A stretch of 64,000 nucleotides of DNA from Antedon mediterranea (lineage: Eukaryota; Animalia; Echinodermata), in NCBI RefSeq assembly GCF_964355755.1, contig NC_092676.1, forward strand, positions 11,881,888 through 11,945,887. The letters are read 5' to 3'. Shown here piece by piece: positions 8,766 to 23,700 of the stretch (position 1 is its first letter; each line of letters starts with the position of its first letter). The notes under the pieces are model-generated. The model did not search any database. It was given only the letters and a program-made list of their open reading frames with translations, and was not told the DNA's origin. A program made the translations under genes and the position numbers.

Positions 8766-11700
8766 GCTGATGTATCTCTCTCTCTCGCTGATGTATCTCT
8801 CTCTCGCTGATGTACCTCTCTCTCGCTGATCTATCTCTCTCTCGCTGATCTAACTCTCTCTCGCTGATCTATCTCTCTCTCGCTGATCCATCTCTCTCTC
8901 TCGCTGATCTATCTCTCTCTCTCGCTGATCTATCTCTGTCTCGCTGATCTATCTCTCTGTCTCGTTGATGTATCTCTCTCTCTCGCTGATCTATCTCTCT
9001 GTCTCGCTGATGTATCTATCTCTCTCTCGCTGATCTATCTCTTTCTCGCTGATCTATCTCTCTCTCTCTCTCGCTGATATATCTCTGTCTCTCGCTGATC
9101 TATCTCTGTCTCTCAGTGATCTATCTCTCTCTCTCTCTCGCTGATCTATCTCTCTCTCGCTGATCTATCTCTCTCTCTGTCTCGCTGATCTATCTCTCTC
9201 TGTCTAGCTGATCTATCTCTCTCTCGGTGATCTATCCCTCTCTCTCGCTGATCTATCTCTCTCTCGCTGATGTATGTATCTCTCTCTCGCTGACCTATAT
9301 CTCTCTCGCTGATCTATCTCTCTGTCTCGGTGATGTATCTTTCTCTCTCGCTGATCTATCTCTCTCTCCCGATCTATCTCTCTCTCGCTGATCTATCTCT
9401 CTCTCTCTAGCTGATCTATCTCTCTCTCGCTGATGTATCTCTCTCTCTCGCTGATGTATCTCTCTCTCGCTGATGTATCTCTCTCTCTCTCGCTGATCTA
9501 TCTCTCTCTCGCTGATCTATCTCTCTCTCTCGCTGATCTATCTCTCTCTCGCTGATCTATCTCTCTCTCGCTGATCTATCTCTCTCTCTCTCGCTGATAT
9601 ATCTCTCTCTCTCGCTGATGTATCTCTCTCTCTCGCTGATGTATCTCTCTCTCGCTGATGTATCTCTCTCTCGCTGATCTATCTCTCTCTCGCTGATCTA
9701 ACTCTCTCTCGCTGATCTATCTCTCTCTCGCTGATCTATCTCTCTCTCGCTGATCTATCTCTCTCTCTCGCTGATCTATCTCTCTCTCGCTGATCTATCT
9801 CTCTCTCGCTGATCTATCTTTCTCTCGCGGATCTATCTCTCTCTCGCTTATCTATCTCTCTCTCTCTCGCTGATCTATCTCTCTCTCGCTGATGTATCTC
9901 TCTCTCTCGCTGATGTATCTCTCTCTCGCTGATGTATCTCTCTCTCGCTGATGAATCTCTCTCTCGCTGATCTATCTCTCTCGCTGATCTATCTCTGTCT
10001 CGCTGATCTATCTCTCTGTCTCGCTGATGTATCTCTCTTTCTCGCTGATCTATCTCTCTGTCTCGCTGATGTATCTCTCTCTCTCGCTGATCTATCTCTC
10101 TCTCTCGCTGATGTATCTATCTCTGTCTCGCTGATCTATCTCTTTCTCGCTGATGTATCTCTCTCTCTCGCTGATGTATCTCTCTCTCGCTGATGTATCT
10201 CTCTCTCGCTGATGAATCTCTCTCTCGCTGATCTATCTCTCTCGCTGATCTATCTCTGTCTCGCTGATCTATCTCTCTGTCTCGCTGATGTATCTCTCTT
10301 TCTCGCTGATCTATCTCTCTGTCTCGCTGATGTATCTCTCTTTCTCGCTGATCTATCTCTCTCTCTCGCTGATGTATCTATCTCTGTCTCGCTGATCTAT
10401 CTCTTTCTCGCTGATCTATCTCTCTCTCTCGCGCTGATGTATCTCTGTCTCTCGCTGATCTATCTCTGTCTCTCGCTGATCTATCTCACTCTCGCCGATC
10501 TATCTCTCTCTCTCGCTGATCTATCTCTGTCTCGCTGATCTATCTCTCTGTCTCGCTGATGTATCTCTCTCTCTCTCGCTTATCTATCTCTCTCTCGCTG
10601 ACGTATCTCTATCTCTCGCTGATGTATCTCTATCTCGATGATCTATCTCCCTCTCGCTGATCTATCTCTCTCTCGCTGATCCATCTCTCTCTCGCTGATC
10701 TATCTCTCTCTCTCGCTGATCTATCTCTGTCTCGCTGATCTATCTTTCTGTCTCGTTGATGTATCTCTCTCTCTCTCTGATTTATCTCTCTGTCTCGCTG
10801 ATGTATCTATCTCTCTCTCGCTGATCTATCTCTTTCTCGCTGATCTATCTCTCTCTCTCCCCCGCTGATATATCTCTGTCTCTCGCTGATCTATCTCTGT
10901 CTCTCAGTGATCTATCTCTCTCTCTCTCGCTGATCTATCTCTCTTTCGCTGATCTATCTCTCTCCCTGTCTCGCTGATCTATCTCTCTCTGTCTAGCTGA
11001 TCTATCTCTCTCTCAGTGATCTATCTCTCTCTCTCGCTGATCTATCTCTCTCTGTCGCTGATCTATCTCTCTCTCTCTCGCTGATGTATCTCTCTCTCGC
11101 TGATCTATCTCTCTCTCGCTGATCTATCTCTCTCCCGCTGATCTATCCCCCTCTCGCTGATCTATCTCTCTCTCTCTCGCTGATCTATCTCTCTCTCTCG
11201 CTGATCTATCTCTCTCTCTCGCTGATCTATCTCTCTCTCGCTGATCTATCTCTCTCTCGCTGATCTATCTCCCTCTCGCTGATCTATCTCTCTCTCGCTG
11301 ATCTATCTCTCTCTCGCTGATGTATCTCTCTCTCTCTCGCTGATCTATCTCCCTCTCGCTGATCTATCTCCCTCTCGCTGATCTATCTCCCGCTCGCTGA
11401 TCTATCTCTCGCTCGCTGATCTATCTCTCTCTCGCTGATCTATCTCTCTCTCGCTGATCTATCTCTCTCTCGCTGATCTATCTCTCTCTCGCTGATCTAT
11501 CTCTCTCTCGCTGATCTATCTCTCTCTCGCTGATCTATCTCTCTCTCGCTGATCTATCTCTCTCTCTCGCTGATCTATCTCTCTCTCTCTCGCTGATCTA
11601 TCTCTCTCTCGCTGATGTATCTCTCTCTCGCTGATGTATCTCTCTCTCGCTGATGTATCTCTCTCTCGCTGATGTATCTCTCTCTCGCTGAACTATCCCC

Positions 11701-14700
11701 CTCTCGCTGATCTATCTCTCTCTCTCGATGATCTATCTCTCTCTCTCGCTGATCTATCTCTCTCTCGCTGATCTATCTCTCTCTGTCGCTGATCTATCTC
11801 TCTCTCTCCCGCTGATGTATCTCTCTCTCGCTGATCTATCTCTCTCTCGCTGATCTATCTCTCTCTCTCGCTGATGTATCTCTCTCTCGCTGATCTATCT
11901 CTCTCTCGCTGATCTATCTCTCTCTCGCTGATCTATCTCTCTCTCGCTGATCTATCTCTCTCTCTCGCTGATCTATCTCTCTCTCTCGCTGATCTATCTC
12001 TCTCTCGCTGATCTATCTCTCTCTCGCTGATCTATCTCTCTCTCGCTGATCTATCTCCCTCTCGCTGATCTATCTCTCTCTCGCTGATGTATCTCTCTCT
12101 CGCTGATGTATCTCTCTCTCTCGCTGATCTATTTCCCTCTCGCTGATCTATCTCCCTCTCGCTGATCTATCTCCCTCTCGCTGATCTATCTCTCTCTCGC
12201 TGATGTATCTCTCTCTCGCTGATGTATCTCTCTCTCGCTGAACTATCCCCCTCTCGCCGATCTATCTCTCCCTCTCTCTCTCGATGATCTATCTCTATCT
12301 CGCTGATCTATCTCTCTCTCGCTGATCTATCTCTCTCTCGCTGATCTATCTCTCTCTCTCGCTGATCTATCTCTCTCTCGCTGATCTATCTCTCTCTCGC
12401 TGATCTATCTTTCTCTCGCTGATCTATCTCTCTCTCGCATATCTATCTCTCTCTCTCTCGCTGATCTATCTCTCTCTCGCTGATGTATCTCTCTCTCTCG
12501 CTGATGTATCTCTCTCTCGCTGATGTATCTCTCTCTCTCGCTGATGTATCTCTCTCTCGTTGATGTATCTCTCTCTCGCTGATGAATCTCTCTCTCGCTG
12601 ATCTATCTCTCTCTCGCTGATCTATCTCTGTCTCGCTGATCTATCTCTCTCTCTCGCTGATGTATCTATCTCTGTCTCGATGATCTATCTCTTTCTCGTT
12701 GATCTATCTCTCTCTCTCTCGCTGATGTATCTCTGTCTCTCGCTGATCTATCTCTCTCTCACTGATCTATCTCTCTCTCGCCGATCTATCTCTCTCTCTC
12801 TCGCTGATCTATCTCTGTCTCGCTGATCTATCTCTCTGTCTCGCTGATGTATCTCTCTCTCTCGCTGATCTATCTCTCTCTCTTGCTGATCTATCTCTCC
12901 CTCGCTGATCTATCTCTCTCTCGCTGATCTATCTCTCTCTCGCTGATCTATCTCTCTCTCGCTGATCTATCTCTCTCTTGCTGATCTATCTCTCTCTCGC
13001 TGATCTATCTCTCTCTCGCTGATCTATCTCTCTCTCGCTGATCTATCTCTCTCTCGCTGATCTATCTGTCTCTCGCTGATCTATCTCTCTCTCGCTGATG
13101 TATCTCTCTCTCTCGCTGATCTATCTCTCTCTCGCTGATGTATCTCTATCTCTCGCTGATGTATCTCTATCTCGCTGATCTATCTCCCTCTCGCTGATCT
13201 ATCTCTCTCTCGCTGATCTATCTCTCTCTCGCTGATCTATCTCTCTCTCGCTGATGTATGTATCTCTCTGTCGCTGACCTATCTCTCTCTCGCTGATCTA
13301 TCTCTCTGTCTCGGTGATGTATCTCTCTCTCTCGCTGATCTATCTCTCTCTCCCCGATCTATCTCTCTCTCTCGCTGATCTATCTCTCTCTCTCTAGCTG
13401 ATCTGACTCTCTCGCTGATGTATCTCTCTCTCTCGCTGATGTATCTCTCTCTCGCTGATGTATCTCTCTCTCTCTCGCTGATCTATCTCTCTCTCGCTGA
13501 TCTATCTCTCTCTCTCTCGCTGATCTATCTCTCTCTCGCTGATCTATCTCTCTCTCGCTGATCTATCTCTCTCTCGCTGATCTATCTCTCTCTCTCTCGC
13601 TGATCTATCTCTCTCTCTCTCGCTGATATATCTCTCTCTCTCTCGCTGATGTATCTCTCTCTCTCGCTGATGTATCTCTCTCTCGCTGATGTACCTCTCT
13701 CTCGCTGATCTATCTCTCTCTCGCTGATCGAACTCTCTCTCGCTGATCTATCTCTCTCTCGCTGATCCATCTCTCTCTCGCTGATCTATCTCTCTCTCTC
13801 GCTGATCTATCTCTGTCTCGCTGATCTATCTCTCTGTCTCGTTGATGTGTGTCTCTCTCTCTCGCTGATCTATCTCTCTGTCTCGCTGATGTATCTATCT
13901 CTCTCTCGCTGATCTATCTCTTTCTCGCTGATCTATCTCTCTCTCTCTCTCTCGCTGATATATCTCTGTCTCTCGCTGATCTATCTCTGTCTCTCAGTGA
14001 TCTATCTCTCTCTCTCTCTCTCTCGCTGATCTATCTCTCTCTCGCTGATCTATCTCTCTCTCTGTCTCGCTGATCTATCTCTCTCTGTCTAGCTGATCTA
14101 TCTCTCTCTCGGTGATCTATCTCTCTCTCTCGCTGATCTATCTCTCTCTCTCGCTGATCTATCTCTCTCTCGCTGATGTATGTATCTCTCTCTCGCTGAT
14201 CTATCTCTCTGTCTCGCTGATGTATCTCTCTCTCTCGCTGATCTATCTCTCTCTCTTGCTGATCTATCTCTCTCTCGCTGATCTATCTCTCTCTCGCTGA
14301 TCTATCTCTCTCTCGCTGATCTATCTCTCTCTCGCTGATCTATCTCTCTCTTGCTGATCTATCTCTCTCTCGCTGATCTATCTCTCTCTCGCTGATTTAT
14401 CTCTCTCTCGCTGATCTATCTCTCTCTCTCTCTCGCTGATCTGTCTCTGTCTCGCTGATCTATCTCTCTGTCCCGCTGAGGTATCTCTCTCTCTCGCTGA
14501 TCTATCTCTCTGTCTCGCTGATGTATCTCTCTCTCGCTGATCTATCTCTCTCTCTCGCTGATGTACCTATCTCTCTCTCGCTGATCTATCTCTCTCTCTC
14601 GCTGATCTATCTCTCTCTCTCGCTGATCTGTCTCTCTCTCGCTGATCTATCTCTCTCTCTCGCTGATCTATCTCTCTCTCGCTGATCTATCTCTCTCTCT

Positions 14701-17700
14701 CGCTGATCTATCCCCCTCTCGCTGATCTACCTCTCTCTCTCGCTGATCTATCTCTCTCTCTCTCGCTGATCTATCTCTCTCTCTCTCGCTGATCTATCTC
14801 TCTCTCGCTGATCTATCTCTCTCTCGCATATCTATCTCTCTCTCGCTGATCTATCTCTCTCTCTCGCTGATCTATCTCTCTATCGCTGATCTATCTCTCT
14901 CTCGCTGATCTATCTCTCTCTCGCTGGTGTATCTCTCTCTCCTCGATGTATCTCTCTCTCGCTGATCTATCTCTCTCTCTCGCTGATCTATCTCTCTCTC
15001 GCTGATCTATCTCTCTCTCGCTGATCTATCTCTCTCTCGCTGATCTATCTCTCTCTCGCTGATCTATCTCTCTCTCGATGATCTATCTCTCTCTCGCTGA
15101 TCTATCTCTCTCTCGCTGATCTATCTCTCTCTCTCGCTGATCTATCTCTCTCTCGCTGATCTATCTCTCTCTCTCTCGCTGATCTATCTCTCTCTCGCTG
15201 ATGTATCTCTCTCTTGCTGATGTATCTCTCTCTCGCTGAACTATCTTCCTCTTGCTGATCTATCTCTCTCTCTCTCGGTGATCTATCTCTCTCTCTCGCT
15301 GATCTATCTCTCTCTCGCTGATCTATCTCTCTCTCGCTGATCTATCTCTCTCTCGCTGATCTATCTCTCTCTCGCTGATCTATCTCTCTCTCGCTGATCT
15401 ATCTCTCTCTCGCTGATCTATCTTTCTCTCGCTGATCTATCTCTCTCTCGCTGATCTATCTCTCTCTCTCTCGCTGATCTATCTCTCTCTCGCTGATGTA
15501 TCTCTCTCTCTCGCTGATGTATCTCTCTCTCTCGCTGATGTATCTCTCTCTCGTTGATGTATCTATCTCTCGCTGATGAATCTCTCTCTCGCTGATCTAT
15601 CTCTCTCTCGCTGATCTATCTCTGTCTCGCTGATCTATCTCTCTCTCTCGCTGATGTATCTATCTCTGTCTCGCTGATCTATCTCTTTCTCGCTGATCTA
15701 TCTCTCTCTCTCTCGCTGATGTATCTCTGTCTCTCGCTGATCTATCTCTCTCTCGCTGATCTATCTCTCTTTCGCCGATCTATCTCTCTCTCTCTCTCGC
15801 TGATCTATCTCGGTCTCGCTGATCTATCTCTCTGTCTCGCTGATGTATCTCTCTCTCTCGCTGATCTATCTCTCTCTCTTGCTGATCTATCTCTCCCTCG
15901 CTGATCTATCTCTCTCTCGCTGATCTATCTCTCTCTCGCTGATCTATCTCTCTCTCGCTGATCTATCTCTCTCTTGCTGATCTATCTCTCTCTCGCTGAT
16001 CTATCTCTCTCTCGCTGATCTATCTCTCTCTCGCTGATCTATCTCTCTCTCGCTGATCTATCTGTCTCTCGCTGATCTATCTCTCTCTCGCTGATGTATC
16101 TCTCTCTCTCGCTGATCTATCTCTCTCTCGCTGATGTATCTCTATCTCTCGCTGATGTATCTCTATCTTGCTGATCTATCTCCCTCTCGCTGATCTATCT
16201 CTCTCTCGCTGATGTATGTATCTCTCTGTCGCTGACCTATCTCTCTCTCGCTGATCTATCTCTCTGTCTCGGTGATGTATCTCTCTCTCTCGCTGATCTA
16301 TCTCTCTCTCCCCGATCTATCTCTCTCTCTCGCTGATCTATCTCTCTCTCTCTAGCTGATCTATCTCTCTCTCGCTGATGTAACTCTCTCTCTCGCTGAT
16401 GTATCTCTCTCTCGCTGATGTATCTCTCTCTCTCTCGCTGATCTATCTCTCTCTCGCTGATCTATCTCTCTCTCTCGCTGATCTATCTCTCTCTCGCTGA
16501 TCTATCTCTCTCTCGCTGATCTATCTCTCTCTCTCTCGCTGATCTATCTCTCTCTCTCGCTGATCTATCTCTGTCTCGCTGATCTATCTCTCTGTCTCGT
16601 TGATGTATCTCTCTCTCTCTCGCTGATCTATCTCTCTGTCTCGCTGATGTATCTATCACTCTCTCGCTGATCTATCTCTTTCTCGCTGATCTATCTCTCT
16701 CTCTCTCTCTCACTGATATATCTCTGTCTCTCGCTGATCTATCTCTGTCTCTCAGTGATCTATCTCTCTCTCTTTCTCGCTGATCTATCTCTCTCTCGCT
16801 GATCTATCTCTCTCTCTGTCTCGCTGATCTATCTCTCTCTGTCTAGCTGATCTATCTCTCTTTCGGTGATCTATCTCTCTCTCTCGCTGATCTATCTCTC
16901 TCTCTCGCTGATCTATCTCTCTCTCGCTGATCTATCTCTCTCTCGCTGATGTATCTCTCTCTCTCGCTGATCTATCTCCCTCTCGTTGATCTATCTCCCT
17001 CTCGCTGATCTATTTCTCGCTCGCTGATCTATCTCTCGCTCGCTGATCTATCTCTCTCTCGCTGATCTATCTCTCTCTCGCTGATCTATCTCTCTCTCGC
17101 TGATCTATCTCTCTCTCGCTTATCTATCTCTCTCTCGCTGATCTATCTCTCTCTCGCTGATCTATCTCTCTCTCTCTCGCTGATCTATCTCTCTCTCGCT
17201 GATGTATCTCTCTCTCGCTGATGTATCTCTCTCTCGCTGATGTATCTCTCTCTCGCTGATGTATCTCTCTCTCGCTGAACTATCCCCTTCTCGCATATCT
17301 ATCTCTCTCTCTCGATGATCTATCTCTCTCTCTCGCTGATCTATCTCTCTCTCTCGCTGATCTATCTCTCTCTCTCGCTGATCTATCTCTCTCTCTCTCG
17401 CTGATCTATCTCTCTCTCGCTGATCTATCTCTCTCTCGCTGATCTATCTCTCTCTCGCTGATCTATCTCTCTCTCTCGCTGATCTATCTCTCTCTCTCTC
17501 GCTGATATATCTCTCTCTTGCTGATGTATCTCTCTCTCTCGCTGATGTATCTCTCTCTCGCTGATGTATCTCTCTCTCGCTGATCTATCTCTCTCTCGCT
17601 GATCTAACTCTTTCTCGCTGATCCATCTCTCTCTCGCTGATCTATCTCTCTCTCTTGCTGATCTATCTCTGTCTCGCTGATCTATCTCTCTGTCTCGTTT

Positions 17701-20700
17701 ATGTATCTCTCTCTCTCGCTGATCTATCTCTCTGTCTCGCTGATGTATCTATCTCTCTCTCGCTGATCTATCTCTTTCTCGCTGATCTATCTCTCTCTCT
17801 CTCTCGCTGATATATCTCTGTCTCTCGCTGATCTATCTCTGTCTCTCAGTGATATATCTCTCTCTCTCTCTCGCTGATCTATCTCTCTCTCGCTGATCTA
17901 TCTCTCTCTCTGTCTCGCTGATCTATCTCTCTCTGTCTAGCTGATCTATCTCTCTCTCGGTGATCTATCTCTCTCTCTCGCTGATCTATCTCTCTCTGTC
18001 GCTGATCTATCTCTCTCTCTCTCGCTGATGTATCTCTCTCTCACTGATCTATCTCTCTCTCGCTGATCTATCTCTCTCCCGCTGATCTATCCCCCTCTCG
18101 CTGATCTATCTCTCTCTCTCTCGCTGATCTATCTCTCTCTCTCGCTGATCTATTTCTCTCTCTCGCTGATCTATCTCTCTCTCGCTGATCTATCTCTCTC
18201 TCGCTGTTCTATCTCCCTCTCGCTGATCTATCTCTCTCTCGCTGATGTATCTCTCTTTCGCTGATGTATCTCTCTCTCTCGCTGATCTACCTCCCTCTCG
18301 TTGATCTATCTCCCTCTCGCTGATCTATCTCCCTCTCGCTGATCTATTTCTCGCTCGCTGATCTATCTCTCGCTCGCTGATCTATCTCTCTCTCGCTGAT
18401 CTATCTCTCTCTCGCTGATCTATCTCTCTCTCGCTGATCTATCTCTCTCTCGCTGATCTATCTCTCTCTCGCTGATCTATCTCTCTCTCGCTGATCTATC
18501 TCTCTCTCTCTCGCTGATCTATCTCTTTCTCGCTGATGTATCTCTCTCTCGCTGATGTATCTCTCTCTCGCTGATGTATCTCTCTCTCGCTGATGTATCT
18601 CTCTCTCGCTGAACTATCCCCCTCTCGCTGATCTATCTCTCTCTCTCGATGATCTATCTCTCTCTCTCGCTGATCTATCTCTCTCTCGCTGATCTATCTC
18701 TCTCTGTCGCTGATCTATCTCTCTCTCTCCCGCTGATGTATCTCTCTCTCGCTGATCTATCTCTCTCTCGCTGATCTATCTCTCTCTCTCGCTGATGTAT
18801 CTCTCTCTCGCTGATCTATCTCTCTCTCGCTGATCTATCTCTCTCTCGCTTATCTATCTCTCTCTCGCTGATCTTTCTCTCTCTCGCTGATCTATCTCTC
18901 TCTCTCGCTGATCTATCTCTCTCTCTCGCTGATCTATCTCTCTCTCGCTGATCTATCTCTCTCTCGCTGATCTATCTCCCTCTCGCTGATCTATCTCTCT
19001 CTCGCTGATGTATCTCTCTCTCGCTGATGTATCTCTCTCTCGCTGATCTATCTCCCTCTCGCTGATCTATCTCTCTCTCGCTGATGTATCTCTCTCTCGC
19101 TGATGTATCTCTCTCTCGCTGAACTATCCCCCTCTCGCCGATCTATCTCTCTCTCTCTCTCTCTCTCGATGATCTATCTCTATCTCGCTGATCTATCCCT
19201 CTCTCGCTGATCTATCTCTCTCTCGCTGATCTATCTCTCTCTCGCTGATCTATCTCTCTCTCTCGCTGATCTATCTCTCTCGCTGATCTATCTCTCTCTC
19301 GCTGATCTATCTTTCTCTCGCTGATCTATCTCTCTCTCGCTTATCTATCTCTCTCTCTCTCGCTGATCTATCTCTCTCTCGCTGATGTATCTCTCTCTCT
19401 CGCTGATGTATCTCTCTCTCGCTGATGTATCTCTCTCTCGCTGAACAATCCCCCTCTCGCCGATCTATCTCTCTCTCTCTTTCTCGATGATCTATCTCTA
19501 TCTCGCTGATCTATCTCTCTCTCGCTGATCTATCTCTCTCTTGCTGTTCTATCTCTCTCTCGCTGATCTATCTCTCTCTCTCGCTGATCTATCTCTCTCT
19601 CGCTGATCTATCTCTCTCTCGCTGATCTATCTTTCTCTCGCTGATCTATCTCTCTCTCGCTTATCTATCTCTCTCTCTCTCGCTGATCTATCTCTCTCTC
19701 GCTGATGTATCTCTCTCTCTCGCTGATGTATCTCTCTCTCGCTGATGTATCTCTCTCTCGCTGATGAATCTCTCTCTTGCTGATCTATCTCTCTCTCGCT
19801 GATCTATCTCTGTCTCGCTGATCTATCTCTCTGTCTCGCTGATGTATCTCTCTTTCTCGCTGATCTATCTCTCTGTCTCGCTGATGTATCTCTCTCTCTC
19901 GCTGATCTATCTCTCTCTCTCGCTGATGTATCTATCTCTGTCTCGCTGATCTATCTCTTTCTCGCTGATCTATCTCTCTCTCTCGCGCTGATGTATCTCT
20001 GTCTCTCGCTGATCTATCTCTGTCTCTCGCTGATCTATCTCACTCTCGCCGATCTATCTCTCTCTCTCTCGCTGATCTATCTCTGTCTCGCTGATCTATC
20101 TCTCTGTCTCGCTGATGTATCTCTCTCTCTCTCGCTTATCTATCTCTCTCTCGCTGACGTATCTCTATCTCTCGCTGATGTATCTCTATCTCGATGATCT
20201 ATCTCCCTCTCGCTGATCTAACTCTCTCTCACTGATCTATCTCTCTCTCTCGCTGATCTATTTCTCTCTCTCTCTCGCTGATCTATCGCTCTCTCGCTGA
20301 TGTATCTCTCTCTCGCTGACCTATCTCTCTCTCGCTGATCTATCTCTCTGTCTCGCTGATGTATCTCTCTCTCTCTCTCTCGCTGATCTATCTCTCTCTC
20401 CCCGATCTATCTCTCTCTCTCGCTGATCTATCTCTCTCTCTCTAGCTGATCTATCTCTCTCTCTCGCATATGTATCTCTCTCTCTCTCGCTGATGTATGT
20501 CTCTCTCGCTGATGTATCTCTCTCTCTCTCTCTCTCGCTGATCTATCTCTCTCTCGCTGATCTATCTCTCTCTCGCTGATCTATCTCTCTCTCTCGCTGA
20601 TCTATCTCTCTCTCGCTGATCTATCTCTCTCTGTCGCTGATCTATCTCTCTCTCTCCCGCTGATGTATCTCTCTCTCGCTGATCTATCTCTCTCTCGCTG

Positions 20701-23700
20701 ATCTATCTCTCTCTCTCGCTGATGTATCTCTCTCTCGCTGATCTATCTCTCTCTCGCTGATCTATCTCTCTCTCGCTGATCTATCTCTCTCTCGCTGATC
20801 TATCTCTCTCTCTCGCTGATCTATCTCTCTCTCTCTCGCTGATCTATCTCTCTCTCGCTGATCTATCTCTCTCTCGCTGATCTATCTCTCTCTCGCTGAT
20901 CTATCTCCCTCTCGCTGATCTATGTCTCTCTCGCTGATGTATCTCTCTCTCGCTGATGTATCTCTCTCTCTCGCTGATCTATCTCCCTCTCGCTGATCTT
21001 TCTCCCTCTCGCTGATCTATCTCCCTCTCGCTGATCTATCTCTCTCTCACTGATGTATCTCTCTCTCGCTGATGTATATCTCTCTCGCTGAACTATCCCC
21101 CTCTCGCCGATCTATCTCTCTCTCTCTCTCTCTCGATGATCTATCTCTATCTCGCTGATCTATCTCTCTCTCGCTGATCTATCTCTCTCTCGCTGATCTA
21201 TCTCTCTCTCGCTGATCTATCTCTCTCTCTCGCTGATCTATCTCTCTCTCGCTGATCTATCTCTCTCTCGCTGATCTATCTTTCTCTCGCTGATCTATCT
21301 CTCTCTCGCTTATCTATCTCTCTCTCTCTCGCTGATCTATCTCTCTCTCGCTGATGTATCTCTCTCTCTCGCTGATGTATCTCTCTCTCGCTGATGTATC
21401 TCTCTCTCGCTGATGAATCTCTCTCTCGCTGATCTATCTCTCTCTCGCTGATCTATCTCTGTCTCGCTGATCTATCTCTCTGTCTCGCTGATGTATCTCT
21501 TTTTCTCGCTGATCTATCTCTCTGTCTCGCTGATGTATCTCTCTCTCTCGCTGATCTATCTCTCTCTCTCGCTGATGTATCTATCTCTGTCTCGCTGATC
21601 TATCTCTTTCTTGCTGATCTATCTCTTTCTCTCTCGCGCGCGCTGATGTATCTCTGTCTCTCGCTGATCTATCTCTGTCTCTCGCTGATCTATCTCACTC
21701 TCGCCGATCTATCTCTCTCTCTCGCTGATCTATCTCTGTCTCGCTGAACTATCTCTCTGTCTCGCTGATGTATCTCTCTCTCTCTTGCTTATCTATCTCT
21801 CTCTCGCTGACGTATCTCTATCTCTCGCTGATGTATCTCTATCTCGATGATCTATCTCCCTCTCGCTGATCTATCTCTCTCTCACTGATCTATCTCTCTC
21901 TCGCTGATCTATCTCTCTCTCTCGCTGATCTATCGCTCTCTCGCTGATGTATTTCTCTCTCGCTGACCTATCTCTCTCTCGCTGATCTATCTCTCTGTCT
22001 CGCTGATGTATCTCTCTCTCTCTCGCTGATCTATCTCTCTCTCCTCGATCTATCTCTCTCTCTCGCTGATCTATCTCTCTCTCTCTAGCTGATCTATCTC
22101 TCTCTCTCGCTGATGTATCTCTCTATCTCTCGCTGATGTATGTCTCTCTCGCTGATGTATCTCTCTCTCTCTCTCTCGCTGATCTATCTCTCTCTCGCTG
22201 ATCTATCTCTCTCTCGCTGATCTATCTCTCTCTCGCTGATCTATCTCTCTCTCTCGCTGATCTATCTCTCTCTCTCTCTCGCTGATATATCTCTCTCTCT
22301 CGCTGATGTATCTCTCTCTCGCTGATCTATCTCTCTCTCTCGCTGATCTATCTCTCTCTCGCTGATCTATATCTCTCTCGCTGATCTATCTCTCTCTCGC
22401 TGATCTATCTCTCTCTCGCTGATCTTTCTCTGTCTCGCTGATCTATCTCTCTGTCTCGCTGATCTATCTCTCTGTCTCGCTGATGTATCTATCTCTGTCT
22501 CGCTGATCTATCTCTTTCTCGTTGATCTATCTCTCTCTCTCTCGCTGATATATCTCTGTCTCTCGCTGATCTATCTCTGTCTCTCGCTGATCTATCTCTC
22601 TCTCTCTCTCGCTGATCTATCTCTCTCTCGCTGATCTATATCTCTCTCTGTCTCGCTGATCTATCTCTCTCTGTCTAGCTGATCTATCTCTCTCTCGGTG
22701 ATCTATCTCTCTCTCGCTGATCTATCTCTCTCTGTCGCCGATCTATCTCTCTCTCTCTCTCTCGCCGATGTATCTCTCTCTCGCTGATATATATCTCTCT
22801 CTCGCTGATGTATCTCTCTCTCTCGCTGATGTATCTCTCTCTCGCTGATGTATCTCTCTCTCGCTGATCTATCTCTCTCTCGCTGATCTAACTCTCTCTC
22901 GCTGATCTATCTCTCTCTCGTTGATCCATCTCTCTCTCGCTGATCTATCTCTCTCTCTCGCTGATCTATCTCTGTCTCGCTGATCTATCTCTCTGTCTCG
23001 TTGATGTATCTCTCTCTCTCGCTGATCTATCTCTCTGTCTCGCTGATGTATCTATCTCTCTCTCGCTGATCTATCTCTTTCTCGCTGATCTATCTCTCTC
23101 TCTCTCTCGCTGATATATCTCTGTCTCTCGCTGATCTATCTCTGTCTCTCAGTGATCTATCTCTCTCTCTCTCTCGCTGATCTATCTCTCTCTCGCTGAT
23201 CTATCTCTCTCTCTGTCTCGCTGATCTATCTCTCTCTGTCTAGCTGATCTATCTCTCTCTCGGTGATCTATCTCTCTCTCTCGCTGATCTATCTCTCTCT
23301 GTCGCTGATCTATCTCTCTCTCTCTCGCTGATGTATCTCTCTCTCGCTGATCTATCTCTCTCTCGCTGATCTATCTCTCTCCTGCTGATCTATCCCCCTC
23401 TCGCTGATCTATCTCTCTCTCTCGCTGATCTATCTCTCTCTCTCGCTGATCTATCTCTCTATCTCGCTGATCTATCTCTCTCTCGCTGATCTATCTCTCT
23501 CTCGCTGATCTATCTCCCTCTCGCTGATCTATCTCTCTCTCGTTGATCTATCTCTCTCTCGCTGATGTATCTCTCTCTCTCGCTGATCTATCTCCCTCTC
23601 GCTGATCTATCTCCCTCTCGCTGATCTATCTCCCTCTCGCTGATCTATTTCTCGCTCGCTGATCTATCTCTCGCTCGCTGATCTATCTCTCTCTCGCTGA

